Made by a program: the position numbers and the translations under genes. DNA of 64,000 bases from Phycisphaerales bacterium (GTDB lineage Bacteria > Planctomycetota > Phycisphaerae > Phycisphaerales > UBA1924), in assembly GCA_027083355.1 (NCBI GenBank), contig JALWOY010000069.1:7893-71892 (forward strand). Direction: 5' to 3'. Positions 1 through 9,788 of this stretch are shown here, piece by piece. Positions within the stretch are counted from its first letter, which is position 1; each line of letters starts with the position of its first letter. The notes under the pieces are model-generated. The model searched no databases and was not told the origin of the DNA. It was given only the letters and a program-made list of their open reading frames with translations.

Positions 1-463
1 CGGGCGTGTCGACCAGCGTGACGACGGGGACGCCGTACTTCTCGGCGAGTTTCATTTTCGCCAAGGCCTTGCGGTACCCCTCGGGGTGGGCACACCCGAA
101 GTGGCAGGCGAGTTTTTCCTGTGTGTCCTTGCCCTTCTGGTGCCCGACGATCATGACCTTGTGGCGTCCCAGCCGGGCGAACCCGGTGACGATGGCGGGA
201 TCATCGCCGAAGCGGCGGTCGCCGTGGAGCTCGGCGAAATCGCGGCACATGAGCCGGATGTAGTCGCGTGTTTGCGGTCGATCGGGGTGGCGGGCGACGC
301 GGACGGTGTCCCAGCTATCGAGGTCTTTGTAGAGGGCCGCGAGACGTTCGTCTCTTTCTTTTTTCAGCACCTTGGCCGAGGCGGGGTCGGTCTCCTCGGC
401 GGACCGGATCTGTTCATCCAGTGGTCCGATCTCGCGCTCGAATTCGAGTTGATAAAAGCTCAT
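1..463 (-). CDS. accA: acetyl-CoA carboxylase carboxyltransferase subunit alpha, N-terminal part (gene runs off the left edge)
   Basis: Own translation of the minus strand from ATG (463-461): MSFYQLEFEREIGPLDEQIRS...HPDRPQTRDYIRLMCRDFAELHGDRRFGDDPAIVTGFARLGRHKVMIVGHQKGKDTQEKLACHFGCAHPEGYRKALAKMKLAEKYGVPVVTLVDTP. This is the conserved AccA N-terminal half. It is absent from the ORF track because no stop codon lies inside the window. Confidence 0.85.
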   Translation of the reverse strand, partial: MSFYQLEFEREIGPLDEQIRSAEETDPASAKVLKKERDERLAALYKDLDSWDTVRVARHPDRPQTRDYIRLMCRDFAELHGDRRFGDDPAIVTGFARLGRHKVMIVGHQKGKDTQEKLACHFGCAHPEGYRKALAKMKLAEKYGVPVVTLVDTP

Positions 464-527
464 CGTGGCCCCATTTCCGGTCAGCCGGTGGCGTCCTCCC
501 GGCGATCACAGACGATAGGCTCGGGGT

Positions 528-1391
528 ATGAAAGACGAGCACCCCCCCATCGCGTTCATCGGCGGCGGCAACATGGCATCGGCGATCATCCGCGGGGCGT
601 CGGGGATGCTCGACGAAACCCGTGTCTTCGTCGCAGAGCCTGATGAAAAGAAACGAGCCGCGTTCCGAAACGGTCTGGCGACCGCGGCGGGGGCCGTCGA
701 GGCGGTGATCGATTCCGAGACGAATCCGGGGAATGGGCAGGTGGTGCTTGCGGTCAAGCCGCAGGTGTTTCCTGCGGTTGCGGCCGAGATCGGGCGATTC
801 TTTCGGACGGCTCCCGGGCGAGTCGTGGTGTCGATTCTCGCGGGGACACGGAGCGGGTCGATCCGCTCGGCCCTCGGCCCGGGGGCGCGGGTGGTTCGCG
901 TGATGCCCAACACACCGGCACGGATCGGTCTCGGGATGTCCGCGATCTGTCCCGGCGACGGGGCCCGCCCGGGCGACGAGCAGTTGGCGGAACGGCTGAT
1001 GCGCACAATCGGGGACGTCGTCTCGATCGGTGAAGACCTGATGGACGCGTTCACGGCGTTATCGGGTTCGGGTCCTGCGTATGTGTTCTATCTGGCCGAG
1101 GCGATGGAGAAAGCGGGTGTTGCGATGGGCTTCGAACCCGACCTCGCCCGACGGATCACCGCGAGAGTGCTCGAAGGAGCATCGGGATTGCTCGTGCGAG
1201 AGGGGGGCTCGCCGAAGGAGCAACGCGAGGCGGTCACGAGCAAGGGCGGGACGACGGCGGCGGCCACGGCGGTGCTCGACGACGCGGATGTGCTGGACGC
1301 CTTTGTGCAGGCCATCACGGCGGCAAGGGACCGGGGTCGTGCGCTTTCGGGAGGGGTATGCCCCGGAGCCGGCTCGGAATCTGATGAATAG
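528..1391 (+). CDS. proC: pyrroline-5-carboxylate reductase
   Basis: 287-aa ORF. N-terminal Rossmann motif IAFIGGGNMASAII and C-terminal ...SKGGTTAAA... motif typical of ProC. Confidence 0.85.
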   Translation: MKDEHPPIAFIGGGNMASAIIRGASGMLDETRVFVAEPDEKKRAAFRNGLATAAGAVEAVIDSETNPGNGQVVLAVKPQVFPAVAAEIGRFFRTAPGRVVVSILAGTRSGSIRSALGPGARVVRVMPNTPARIGLGMSAICPGDGARPGDEQLAERLMRTIGDVVSIGEDLMDAFTALSGSGPAYVFYLAEAMEKAGVAMGFEPDLARRITARVLEGASGLLVREGGSPKEQREAVTSKGGTTAAATAVLDDADVLDAFVQAITAARDRGRALSGGVCPGAGSESDE

Positions 1392-1559
1392 ATCTGGATG
1401 GGTCACGCTCCGGCGGGGCTTTGCCTTGTCGAAAGCAGGTTGTGATCTGGATTCCTGAAGAAAAACCTTGGGCGCAAGGGCGGGTGTTGATCCGCTTGAT
1501 TGTGAGAAGACCGCTGACGATCGCGGCATGTTGCTGTGGATGATGGATGAGAAAAGAAA

Positions 1560-2111
1560 GAGACGGGCTGGAAGCCCGTCCCACGAGGTGGAGGAGGGGG
1601 AGGAGAAAGGAGAAAGCCCCTCACCCCGGCCCTCTCCCCGCAAGGCGGGGAGAGGGGGGGAGGTGTCGGCACGCTTGGGTAGACTGGGAATCCGACGCAG
1701 GCTCAGCATCGGCGTCTGGTCGAGACGGGAACACGAGGCAGTGGAGTTTGGTCGAGAAAGCCCTCGCTTCCGCTCGGGCCTCTTTCGGGAGGGAATTGAA
1801 GGAGATGGAGAGACGGGCTGGAAGCCCGTCCCACGAGATGGGGTAGAAAGAAGAGAAAGCCCCTCACCCCGGCCCTCTCCCCGCAAGGCGGGGAGAGGGA
1901 GGACGGAATCGGTGTGCTTTGGGCAAGCAGAGAATCCGACGCTTCGCAGGCTCAGCGTCGGCGTCTGGTTGGTTCAGAAACCCGACCCAGCAAAGCTGGA
2001 TCGGGGCACCGGGCGGATGAGAAATGGAGATGGGAGAGAGACGGGCAAGATGCCCGTCCCACGAGAATGAGGAGATGGAGAAGAGACAGGCTGGAAGCCC
2101 GCCCCACCGAG
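1560..2111. repeat. REP-like composite hairpin repeat array in the proC/mscL convergent intergenic region
   Basis: Unit A, gagacgggctggaagcccgtcccacgag (hairpin GACGGGC/GCCCGTC), occurs at 1560, 1810, 2038 (variant) and 2083 (variant). Unit B, cccctcaccccggccctctccccgcaaggcggggagaggg (hairpin CTCTCCCCGC/GCGGGGAGAG), occurs at about 1617 and 1860. Unit C, gaatccgacgc..gcgtcggcgtctggt, occurs at about 1689 and 1932. The A-B-C composite recurs with a period of about 250 bp. Confidence 0.8.
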
Positions 2112-2124
2112 AGGAAGAGAGTGG

Positions 2125-2152
2125 AAAAAAAGACCCGGGTTTGCGCCCGGGT
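2125..2152 (-). terminator. rho-independent terminator downstream of mscL
   Basis: Plus strand reads aaaaaaagacccgggtttgcgcccgggtct. On the minus strand this is a GC-rich hairpin (GACCCGGG/CCCGGGTC) followed by a T-run. Confidence 0.65.
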
Positions 2153-2188
2153 CTGGTCGATGCACGCAGAATTGTTTCGGGATCCGTA

Positions 2189-2602
2189 TCAGGCTTTTTT
2201 GAGCGAATCGCGGATCTCCCGCAGCAGGAGCACCTCTTCGCTGGGCTTCGGGGGCGGGGCGGCTTCCTTCTCCTTCTCGAATGCCTCGGTGGCCTTGTTC
2301 ATGCCCTTGATGACCAGGAACAGACAGAACGCGACGATGATGAAGCTGATGATGGCGTTGATGAGTTCGCCGTAATAGATCGCGACCTCGGAGACACCGT
2401 TGGCCTCGTTCGCCTGCTGCAGGATGATCTTCAGATCGGAGAAATCGACCTTGCCCATCAGCATGCCGATCGGGGGCATGATGACCTTGTCGACCAAGGT
2501 TTTTACGATCGTGCTGAATGCGGCCCCGATGATGATGCCGACGGCCATGTCGATGACGTTGCCACGCATGGCGAAGTCTCGGAATTCTTTGATCATCCCC
2601 AT
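2189..2602 (-). CDS. mscL: large-conductance mechanosensitive channel
   Basis: MGMIKEFRDFAMRGNVIDMAVGIIIGAAFSTIV... is the canonical MscL N-terminus. Start placed at the ATG at 2602, preceded by aaggaag; the track ORF starts 11 codons further upstream. Confidence 0.9.
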   Translation of the reverse strand: MGMIKEFRDFAMRGNVIDMAVGIIIGAAFSTIVKTLVDKVIMPPIGMLMGKVDFSDLKIILQQANEANGVSEVAIYYGELINAIISFIIVAFCLFLVIKGMNKATEAFEKEKEAAPPPKPSEEVLLLREIRDSLKKA

Positions 2603-2911
2603 TCTTGATCTTCCTTTCTCATGTTGAACGGGCAAACCGACAGCCCATGGTTGGGCCTATGCCCTGCCGGTGCAACGTACCGGGTTCGCTTTGCTCATGC
2701 TGATTGTGCGGTTTTTTGGTACGCCTTCTGTTTGTGCCCACCAGTCTGCAGGACGGATGGGGTTTGCGGCCTTGACGTTTGAGCCGCTCCGAGCGGGGCG
2801 ACATCTTTTTCGGACAGAGATCTCAAATATGGAAATCTGCACCCAGATAGCCGCTATCATTTTTTCGCCGGGTCACGGGGGCCCGGCGCAGGATTCAGAC
2901 CGGGAGGCCGA

Positions 2912-4051
2912 ATGAAAGTCGTCATTCCCAAAGAGAAGGACCCGGCGGAGACCCGCATCGCGGCGACGCCGGAGTCGGTGACCGCGATCAAGAATCTTGG
3001 GCTGGAGGTGGCCGTTGAAGCGGGTCTCGGCGAGCACCTCGGCTGGCCGGACGCCGCTTATGAGAAGGCCGGCGCATCGGTCGTCGGTGGTGATTCGATC
3101 TATGAGGGAGCGGGGCTGATCGCGCGTGTGCGTCCGCCCGAGCCGGACGAGATCGCTCGGTTCCCGCGTGGTTCGATGTACGCGGGGTTCCTCGACCCGT
3201 TCAACCGGGAGGATCTGGTGCGCGGGTTCGCCGAGGCTGGAGTCGCGGCGATGAGCATGGAGATGGTGCCCCGGACGACGCGGGCGCAGAAGCTCGACGC
3301 GCTTTCGAGCCAGCACAACATCGCGGGGTACTACATGGTGGTGCTCGCGGCGGAGCGTCTTGGCAAAGCCTTCCCGATGATGGCGACGCCTTCGGGCGTG
3401 ATCCAGCCGGCGCGTGTGCTGGTGATCGGGGCGGGTGTCGCGGGTCTGCAGGCGATCGCGACGGCGAAGCGTCTCGGTGCGCGGATCGAGGCCTTTGATA
3501 CGCGTCCTGCGGTGAAGGAGCAGGCCGAGTCGCTGGGGGCGAAGTTCATCGACATCGACCTGGGTGAATCCGGCGAGACGGAGGGGGGTTACGCCAAGGA
3601 GCTGACGCCCGAGCAGCAGGCGAAGCAGCGTGAGGGGATGGTCAAGGCGCTCGAGCGGGCGAACGTTGTGATCACGACGGCGGCGTTGTTCGGCCGCCCG
3701 GCCCCGAAGATCATCACGGACGAGATGCTCGAGCGGATGAAGCCGGGCACGCTGATCATTGATTACGCCGTTTCTTCGGGGGGCAACGTCGAGGGCTCGG
3801 TCGCTGACGAGGAGGTGACGCTTCACGGGGTCCGGGTGATCGGTCTTTCGAACTTCCCGGGCCGGGTGGCATTCGACGCGAGCCGGATGTACGCGAACAA
3901 CATCGTCGGCCTGTTGCAGATCCTGCACGACAAGGAATCGAACACGCTGGTGCTGAACACCGACGACGACATCGTGGCGGGTTGCCTGATCACACGGGAC
4001 GGCGAGATCGTCAACACGGTCATCCGGGAGCGGATGGGGCAGAACGCCTGA
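2912..4051 (+). CDS. pntAA: NAD(P) transhydrogenase subunit alpha part 1
   Basis: 379 aa, MKVVIPKEKDPAETRIAATPESV..., with alanine-dehydrogenase/PNT fold and the VLVIGAGVAGLQAIATAKRLGA NAD-binding motif. Followed by pntAB and pntB. Confidence 0.9.
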   Translation: MKVVIPKEKDPAETRIAATPESVTAIKNLGLEVAVEAGLGEHLGWPDAAYEKAGASVVGGDSIYEGAGLIARVRPPEPDEIARFPRGSMYAGFLDPFNREDLVRGFAEAGVAAMSMEMVPRTTRAQKLDALSSQHNIAGYYMVVLAAERLGKAFPMMATPSGVIQPARVLVIGAGVAGLQAIATAKRLGARIEAFDTRPAVKEQAESLGAKFIDIDLGESGETEGGYAKELTPEQQAKQREGMVKALERANVVITTAALFGRPAPKIITDEMLERMKPGTLIIDYAVSSGGNVEGSVADEEVTLHGVRVIGLSNFPGRVAFDASRMYANNIVGLLQILHDKESNTLVLNTDDDIVAGCLITRDGEIVNTVIRERMGQNA

Positions 4052-4096
4052 TCGGTTGCTGCCGGTTCGGGTTCATTTTCACAGGAGAGCTCCACG

Positions 4097-4378
4097 ATGG
4101 ATTTCCTGACATACGCGTTTATCTTCCTGCTTTCGATGTTTCTGGGGATCGAGCTGATCCGGAAAGTGCCGGCGCAGCTGCACACGCCGCTGATGAGCGG
4201 CTCGAACGCGATCTCGGGCATCAGCCTGATCGGGGCGATGATGGCGGTGTCTCTTGCGGGGCACAGCAAGTTCGCGTTGTTCCTGGGCGGTCTCGCGGTG
4301 GCGTTCGCGATGATCAACGTTGTCGGCGGCTATGTGGTCACGGACCGGATGCTCGCCATGTTCAAGCACAAGGGCTGA
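4097..4378 (+). CDS. pntAB: NAD(P) transhydrogenase subunit alpha part 2 (membrane)
   Basis: 93-aa hydrophobic protein with ...LHTPLMSGSNAISGISLIGAM..., characteristic of the PntA membrane segment. Confidence 0.85.
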   Translation: MDFLTYAFIFLLSMFLGIELIRKVPAQLHTPLMSGSNAISGISLIGAMMAVSLAGHSKFALFLGGLAVAFAMINVVGGYVVTDRMLAMFKHKG

Positions 4379-4394
4379 GGAAAGGAGGCCGGAC

Positions 4395-5879
4395 ATGCAG
4401 ACGATTGCCACGATCCTGTTCCTCGCCGCCGGCGTGTGTTTCATCATGGGGCTCAAGCTGCTGGGCAAGCAGGCGACCGCGAGGAAGGGCAACTTCATCT
4501 CCGCGGCGGGGATGACCATGGCCGCGCTCGGGACCCTGTTTTCGATCATCGCGGGGACCGAGGGCGAGTTCGAAGCGGGCACGCTGGTGTGGATCTTCGC
4601 GGGCATGGTCGTCGGAACCGCGATCGGTATCCCCGCGGCGAAACTGGTGAAGATGACGGCGATGCCGGAGATGGTCGCGTTGTTCAACGGCTTCGGCGGC
4701 ATCGCGAGCCTGCTGGTGGGCTGGGCGGAGCTGCAGCGGCACTACGATGCCGCCGGTGCGGTTGCGGCTGCGGTGGAGCAGCTCAACGAGGCCGTGGGCG
4801 CGGCCGGGGCGCACGCGGACGCCGCGTTCGGTGTCGGTGTCAGCTCGGCGATCTCGATTTTCCTGGCGATCTTCATCGGGGGTGTGACCTTCACGGGCAG
4901 CGTCGTCGCGTGGGGCAAGCTTTCCGGGAAGATCCCGTCGCCGCCGATGTTGTATCCGGGGCAGCGTGTCATCAACGGGATCATGCTGCTCGGTCTGATC
5001 GCTTGCGGGGTGTGGATCGCGGTCGATCCGTCGGCGCAGGCCCCGCTGTACATCTCGATCATCCTTTCGTTCATCCTTGGGGTGGCGTTCGTCATCCCGA
5101 TCGGCGGCGGCGACATGCCCGTGGTGATCTCGCTGCTGAACTCGTATTCGGGTCTTGCGGCGTGCGCCGCGGGTTTCGCGGTCAACAACGTGCTGCTGAT
5201 CATCACCGGGGCGCTCGTCGGTGCGTCGGGCATCATCCTGACCCGGATCATGTGCCTGGCGATGAACCGGTCGTTGATGAACGTGCTGTTCTCGGGGTTC
5301 GGCGCGGTCGAATCCGGGGGCGGGGGCAAAGGCTCGGGCGAACAGAAAGAGGCGAAGATCCTCACGCCGGACAAGGCGTACTACATGCTCGAAGCGGCGC
5401 AGAAGGTCATCTTCGTGCCGGGGTACGGCATGGCGGTGGCGCAGGCGCAGCACGCGGTCAAGGAGCTCGCGACGCTGATGGAAGCCAACGGGACGGAGGT
5501 GCTCTTCGTCGTGCACCCGGTCGCGGGCCGGATGCCGGGGCATATGAACGTGCTGCTGGCCGAGGCGGACGTGCCTTATGAGATGCTCGTGGGCCCAGAG
5601 GACATCAACCCGACGATGGAATCCGTGGATGTCGCGATCGTGCTGGGCGCCAACGACGTGGTGAACCCGCTCGCGCTCGAGGAGGGGACGCCGATCTCGG
5701 GGATGCCGATCGTCGAGGTGCAGCGTGCCAAGACGGTGTTCACGATGAAGCGGACACTGGGCTCGGGCTACGCCGGGATCCCCAACCCATTGTTCTACCT
5801 GGACAACAACTACATGGTGCTGGGCGACGCCAAGGCGACGCTGCAGGCGCTGATCGACGAGTACAAGTCGGACTCGTGA
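4395..5879 (+). CDS. pntB: NAD(P) transhydrogenase subunit beta
   Basis: MQTIATILFLAAGVCFIMGLK... with C-terminal dIII motifs (PGYGMAVAQAQH, HPVAGRMPGHMNVLLAEA). Start placed at ATG 4395 after aaaggagg; the track ORF begins upstream inside pntAB. Confidence 0.9.
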   Translation: MQTIATILFLAAGVCFIMGLKLLGKQATARKGNFISAAGMTMAALGTLFSIIAGTEGEFEAGTLVWIFAGMVVGTAIGIPAAKLVKMTAMPEMVALFNGFGGIASLLVGWAELQRHYDAAGAVAAAVEQLNEAVGAAGAHADAAFGVGVSSAISIFLAIFIGGVTFTGSVVAWGKLSGKIPSPPMLYPGQRVINGIMLLGLIACGVWIAVDPSAQAPLYISIILSFILGVAFVIPIGGGDMPVVISLLNSYSGLAACAAGFAVNNVLLIITGALVGASGIILTRIMCLAMNRSLMNVLFSGFGAVESGGGGKGSGEQKEAKILTPDKAYYMLEAAQKVIFVPGYGMAVAQAQHAVKELATLMEANGTEVLFVVHPVAGRMPGHMNVLLAEADVPYEMLVGPEDINPTMESVDVAIVLGANDVVNPLALEEGTPISGMPIVEVQRAKTVFTMKRTLGSGYAGIPNPLFYLDNNYMVLGDAKATLQALIDEYKSDS

Positions 5880-5904
5880 GGTCGAGTCTCGACAGGATCA
5901 CCCC

Positions 5905-5931
5905 GGCCCGGACTCACGTCCGGGCCTTTTT
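5905..5931. terminator. bidirectional intrinsic terminator between pntB and the convergent TPR gene
   Basis: ggcccggac-tcac-gtccgggcc followed by ttttt. Confidence 0.65.
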
Positions 5932-5972
5932 CGTGCCGCGAAAGTTGAGCATCGCGGGTGCCTCGGATCTGT

Positions 5973-7379
5973 TCAGGTGGAGGGCCGACGGGTGGGCCGG
6001 GTGAGCACGCCCCAGAAGAAGCGGGCGGTTGCGACCGCGAATCGCGCCATGACCACCGCGCCGCGGCGGGCGGCGTACAGCACCAGCACCGAACGGAGAC
6101 GGCGGATCGCCGGATCGTCGCGGTCGACGGCCATCGCCTGGCGGATCCAGAACCGGGCGCGCGCGATCTGGCCCTGCCGGATGTGGGCGACGGCGAGGTT
6201 GTGCATCGCGGGGACCGAACGCGGGTCGAGCCGCAATGCTCTGCGTGCTGCGGTCAGCCCGTCGGCGATCGCACCGGACTCGAACCGGGCGACGGCGAGG
6301 TGATGCCAGCCAACGGGGTCGGACTCGGCCCGTTGCGTGTAGCGGTCGAAGACGCGTGCGGCTTCGGCGGGCCGGCCCGCGTCGAGGAGCAGGCAGCCGA
6401 GCTCATGCAGCGCTGTTTCGTCCTGCCCGGCGTCCTCCCGCTTGAACCGCCGCATCTCGGCCTCGATCAGCCTGCGTGCGCGGGCGAGGTCGTCTTCGGT
6501 GCCCCGGCGGATCAGGAGCGAGGCGAGGCGGCGCGCGGATCGGTCGTCACCCGGGTCGAGGCGGACGACCAGCCCGAACTCGACGATGGCATCGCTGATC
6601 GCGTCGGCGCGGACGAACAACTCGCCGAGGGCGGCGTGGGCGTCGGCGTTGTCTGGCTCGAGCTCGAGGGCGCGGTTGTATTTCTCCCTCGCTTCGAGCA
6701 CGCGGTTCATCTCGAGCAGCAGATCGCCGAGGTCGAGCAGGGTGTCGATGTCGCCCGGGTCGCGCCGCAGTTCACGGAGATACAACTGCCGCGCCCGTTC
6801 GTGCCGGCCCGTCTGCACATAGGCCGAGGCGAGCCTCGCCTCGACGCGGGACAGGTCGGGGTTGAGCCGGGCGGCCTCACGCAGACACCAGACGGCCTTG
6901 TCGTGCAGCCCGCGTTCCATGAGCGACTCGGCCATCGCGGCGTAGAGATCGGCGTGCCCGGCGTCGGCCTGCTGGGCGAGATAGAACGTCTCCTCGGCGT
7001 CGTCGTGCCGGCCGAGAGCCGTCAACGCCTCGATCTTGTAGACCAGCGCGTCGACGAGTGTGTTGTCCTGCGCCCATGCCTCGTCGAGACGGCCGATCGC
7101 CCGCTCGTAGCGCCCGGCGCGAACAAGGCACGCGCCTTCGAGATAGACCGCCTGGGTGTTCTCGGGGTCGAGCTCGTGCGCCCTCTTGAACGCCCCGGCT
7201 GCTTCTTCGAACCGGGCGGCGGCGTCGAGCGTCAACCCGAGGTTGAAGTGCCATTCCGCCTGGTAGGGGTTGAACGACAGCGCCGAGCGGAGTTCGCTCT
7301 CGGCATCGTCCCAGCGGCCGAGCTCGAAGAACTCGTGTGCCCGCTCGACGCGTTGCTCGGCTTCCGACCAGTCGTTCAC
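5973..7379 (-). CDS. tetratricopeptide (TPR) repeat protein
   Basis: 468 aa with repeated 34-aa A/L/Y/G/P TPR periodicity, for example WHFNLGLTLDAAARFEEAAGAFKRAHELDPEN. Confidence 0.75.
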   Translation of the reverse strand: MNDWSEAEQRVERAHEFFELGRWDDAESELRSALSFNPYQAEWHFNLGLTLDAAARFEEAAGAFKRAHELDPENTQAVYLEGACLVRAGRYERAIGRLDEAWAQDNTLVDALVYKIEALTALGRHDDAEETFYLAQQADAGHADLYAAMAESLMERGLHDKAVWCLREAARLNPDLSRVEARLASAYVQTGRHERARQLYLRELRRDPGDIDTLLDLGDLLLEMNRVLEAREKYNRALELEPDNADAHAALGELFVRADAISDAIVEFGLVVRLDPGDDRSARRLASLLIRRGTEDDLARARRLIEAEMRRFKREDAGQDETALHELGCLLLDAGRPAEAARVFDRYTQRAESDPVGWHHLAVARFESGAIADGLTAARRALRLDPRSVPAMHNLAVAHIRQGQIARARFWIRQAMAVDRDDPAIRRLRSVLVLYAARRGAVVMARFAVATARFFWGVLTRPTRRPST

Positions 7380-7428
7380 GCCTGTTCCCCGTGGGCCCGC
7401 CGGCCCATCGCTCCTTCAACCTGCCTAA

Positions 7429-8310
7429 TCAGTCAACCCCCCCGGGGCCCTGTTTCTTTCGCGACCAAAGGCCCGCCGATTCTTTTCCTCCGCCGATCGC
7501 CGATGAGAGCCTGCCGAGCAGCGACCTGGCCCCGGCGATCTCCACCGCGGGCTCGCCCGATCGGCCCGGCATGGCGTCGAGTGCCTCGCGGGCGGAAGCG
7601 TACCCGAGGACAGGATCGAGCCCGCAGTCGATCCACTGCCGCCAGCGGGGCGGGACCATCCCGCCCACACGCGAGGCGAAAACGTCACGCTCGTCGGCGT
7701 CGATGCCCGTCAGCAGCGTCCACGCCAGCGAGACGATCGAACGGATCTCGTCCTGGATCGGCTCTTCGGCGGACTCGATCAACCCGGCCCGCCGGCGGAG
7801 GCCGTACAACTCGACGAGCAGCGAACCGCTGGGGTTGACGAGGATCTCGTCCTCGGCAACGGGGCCGTGCTCGACACCGGCGCGGTGCGACGCGGCCGCT
7901 GCTTCGAGCAGTTGCTCGATGGCCCGGTCGGTCTCGATGGCCGAGAGTCGGCCGCCGCGTCGGGCGCGCAGATCGGCGAGCGTGACGATCGATTCCTGAT
8001 TGCCGGGATATGGCGAGGAGGCCCAGATCAGGCCGTCGCGCTCACGACCGGCCTGCTCGATGGCGAGCACGTGCGGGCGTTGCGCCCCGACGCAGAGACG
8101 GAGCGCCTGCCAGATCTTCTCGCGGTCTTCGCTCGGGGATTGGTCGAAGACGTAGACCAGTCGGTCGACACCCCGGCGGTGGTCGTGTCCGAGAAACCGC
8201 CTCGCGAGTGTGTGCCTGTCGAGTTCACGGACGATCCCCGCGCCGCCGATGGTTTGCCCCACGAGCGTCGATCCGCCCTCGCCATTCATCGTCGCATTCA
8301 GTCGCGTCAT
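7429..8310 (-). CDS. protein-kinase-like fold protein, probably a pseudokinase
   Basis: 293 aa with a kinase-like layout (G-rich loop GQTIGGAGIV; HRAGVEHGPVAEDEILV in place of HRDLKPxN; ELYGL in place of DFG). Catalytic Asp/Lys signatures are degenerate. Confidence 0.45.
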   Translation of the reverse strand: MTRLNATMNGEGGSTLVGQTIGGAGIVRELDRHTLARRFLGHDHRRGVDRLVYVFDQSPSEDREKIWQALRLCVGAQRPHVLAIEQAGRERDGLIWASSPYPGNQESIVTLADLRARRGGRLSAIETDRAIEQLLEAAAASHRAGVEHGPVAEDEILVNPSGSLLVELYGLRRRAGLIESAEEPIQDEIRSIVSLAWTLLTGIDADERDVFASRVGGMVPPRWRQWIDCGLDPVLGYASAREALDAMPGRSGEPAVEIAGARSLLGRLSSAIGGGKESAGLWSRKKQGPGGVD

Positions 8311-8666
8311 GCCCCGTCGGTCCCCTCGGCCCGGGCGCGTGCAGCGTCCGGAATCCGGTCGTTCACCCCGTCCGTGTCATCGGTGACATCGGCGAAGTGC
8401 ACAATTTCAGCACAACAGTGTAGGGGTTTGGGAAAGGACGGGCGATGCCCGATCATTCCACGAACTCACAACCGCCTGAGCCGATCAACCGGCTGGTAAT
8501 CCGGACCACGGCAGGGGCAACAACCCGCCGAGGAATCCGGAGATCGGCCGCGCGGAAAAAATTCAAACAAAAACCGCAACTCCGCGGCTCCGCCCCGGTA
8601 GATCCGATGCCGGTGATCCATTTTCCGATTATACTGTCACACCGGACGACAGCAGGAGGTGCAGCA

Positions 8667-9788
8667 ATGAACAATCACTTCTCGCGTGCATTCACACTCA
8701 TCGAGTTGACGATCGTTGTGGCCATCGCCCTCATGGTGGCCGCGGTGGTCATGCCGGCGACGGGCGTCATGCGGACCGAGGCCCGGCTGGCGGGGTCGCG
8801 GGACAACCTGCGGCAGATCGGCAAAGCCGCCGGGCAATATTCGGCGGCTTCCGATGATCTGATCGCGGGCTATTCGTGGCGGGTCGACCCGGGTGATTTC
8901 AGTTCGAACGGTTTCCCGGGGAAAGATTTCGATATCGGTGGCGAGATAGAGACCGCGCACGACACGCTGGAGGCCACCCAGTTCCAGAAGGCCGCGATCG
9001 CCCGGAAAGCCACCGGGCGTATTTCCACATACGGGGTGGAAAAATTGCCGGTTGATGACAATCGCGTGCCGCACCGGCGGTTCTCTCTGCTCCCTTTGAT
9101 CGACTGGCTGGGCGGAACGCTGCCCGACCCGATCATGCTCAGCCCGCTGGATCTGTCGCACCAGGCCTTCCAGCAGAACCCGTACGACCTGCATTCCCTG
9201 CCCGGCGGAGACCCGCAATTCATCGAGGCCGATCAGAGTTGGGCGTTCAGCAAAATCGTCAAATATTGGCCCTACGCGTCGAGCTACCAGACCACGGTTT
9301 ATGCGTTCTCGAGGAGCCGGCCGGATCAGAACGGCGATCTGCCGATCGTGCCCTATTCGGATGGAACACTATCCCAAATCGACGATACCAGTACCTTCAG
9401 GCAGCAGAGCCTGACCGACGTGGCGTACCCCTCGCACAAGGCGTTCCAGTTCGAGGAGTTCGACTATTCCCACGGTCTGGGCAATGAGGGGCTGTACTAC
9501 GCCGACCCCGCCGCGAGCATCAATGTGCTTTTTTTCGACGGGTCGGCCCGGCAAATCGATACGTCCGACGCCAACCCGGGATGGGACCCGAGCGATCCCT
9601 GCGACATGAGCAAGTCGGCCCATTTGCTCTACAGATCCATCGACACCCGGTACTTCCGCGTTTACAGCGACTTCGGCGTCCCGAACGGCGAGACATTCAT
9701 GGCCGGGTATTACAAGTGGACCCGCGGCGGCCTCTTCGGCATCGACGTCGGCGGGGGGGAAGTCAACACGAGCGGGTGGTGTCAGTGA
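8667..9788 (+). CDS. prepilin-type N-terminal cleavage/methylation domain protein (DUF1559-like pseudopilin-like)
   Basis: Start at ATG 8667 after aggagg. MNNHFSRAFTLIELTIVVAIALMV... is a class III signal peptide; C-terminal ...NVLFFDGSARQI resembles the H-X9-DG region. Confidence 0.8.
   Translation: MNNHFSRAFTLIELTIVVAIALMVAAVVMPATGVMRTEARLAGSRDNLRQIGKAAGQYSAASDDLIAGYSWRVDPGDFSSNGFPGKDFDIGGEIETAHDTLEATQFQKAAIARKATGRISTYGVEKLPVDDNRVPHRRFSLLPLIDWLGGTLPDPIMLSPLDLSHQAFQQNPYDLHSLPGGDPQFIEADQSWAFSKIVKYWPYASSYQTTVYAFSRSRPDQNGDLPIVPYSDGTLSQIDDTSTFRQQSLTDVAYPSHKAFQFEEFDYSHGLGNEGLYYADPAASINVLFFDGSARQIDTSDANPGWDPSDPCDMSKSAHLLYRSIDTRYFRVYSDFGVPNGETFMAGYYKWTRGGLFGIDVGGGEVNTSGWCQ

Noticed and set aside
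1059-2070. ORFs 1059-1886 (minus), 1468-2070 (plus), 1547-1846 (plus) and others, encoding PSPRKAGRGE/GWKPVP-type peptides
   Set aside because: They are generated by reading through REP-like hairpin repeats. They are repeated because the DNA is repeated, and there is no coding signature.
5958-7838. 626-aa plus-strand ORF opposite the TPR and pseudokinase genes
   Set aside because: It is an antisense high-GC artefact, and the minus strand gives clean TPR periodicity.
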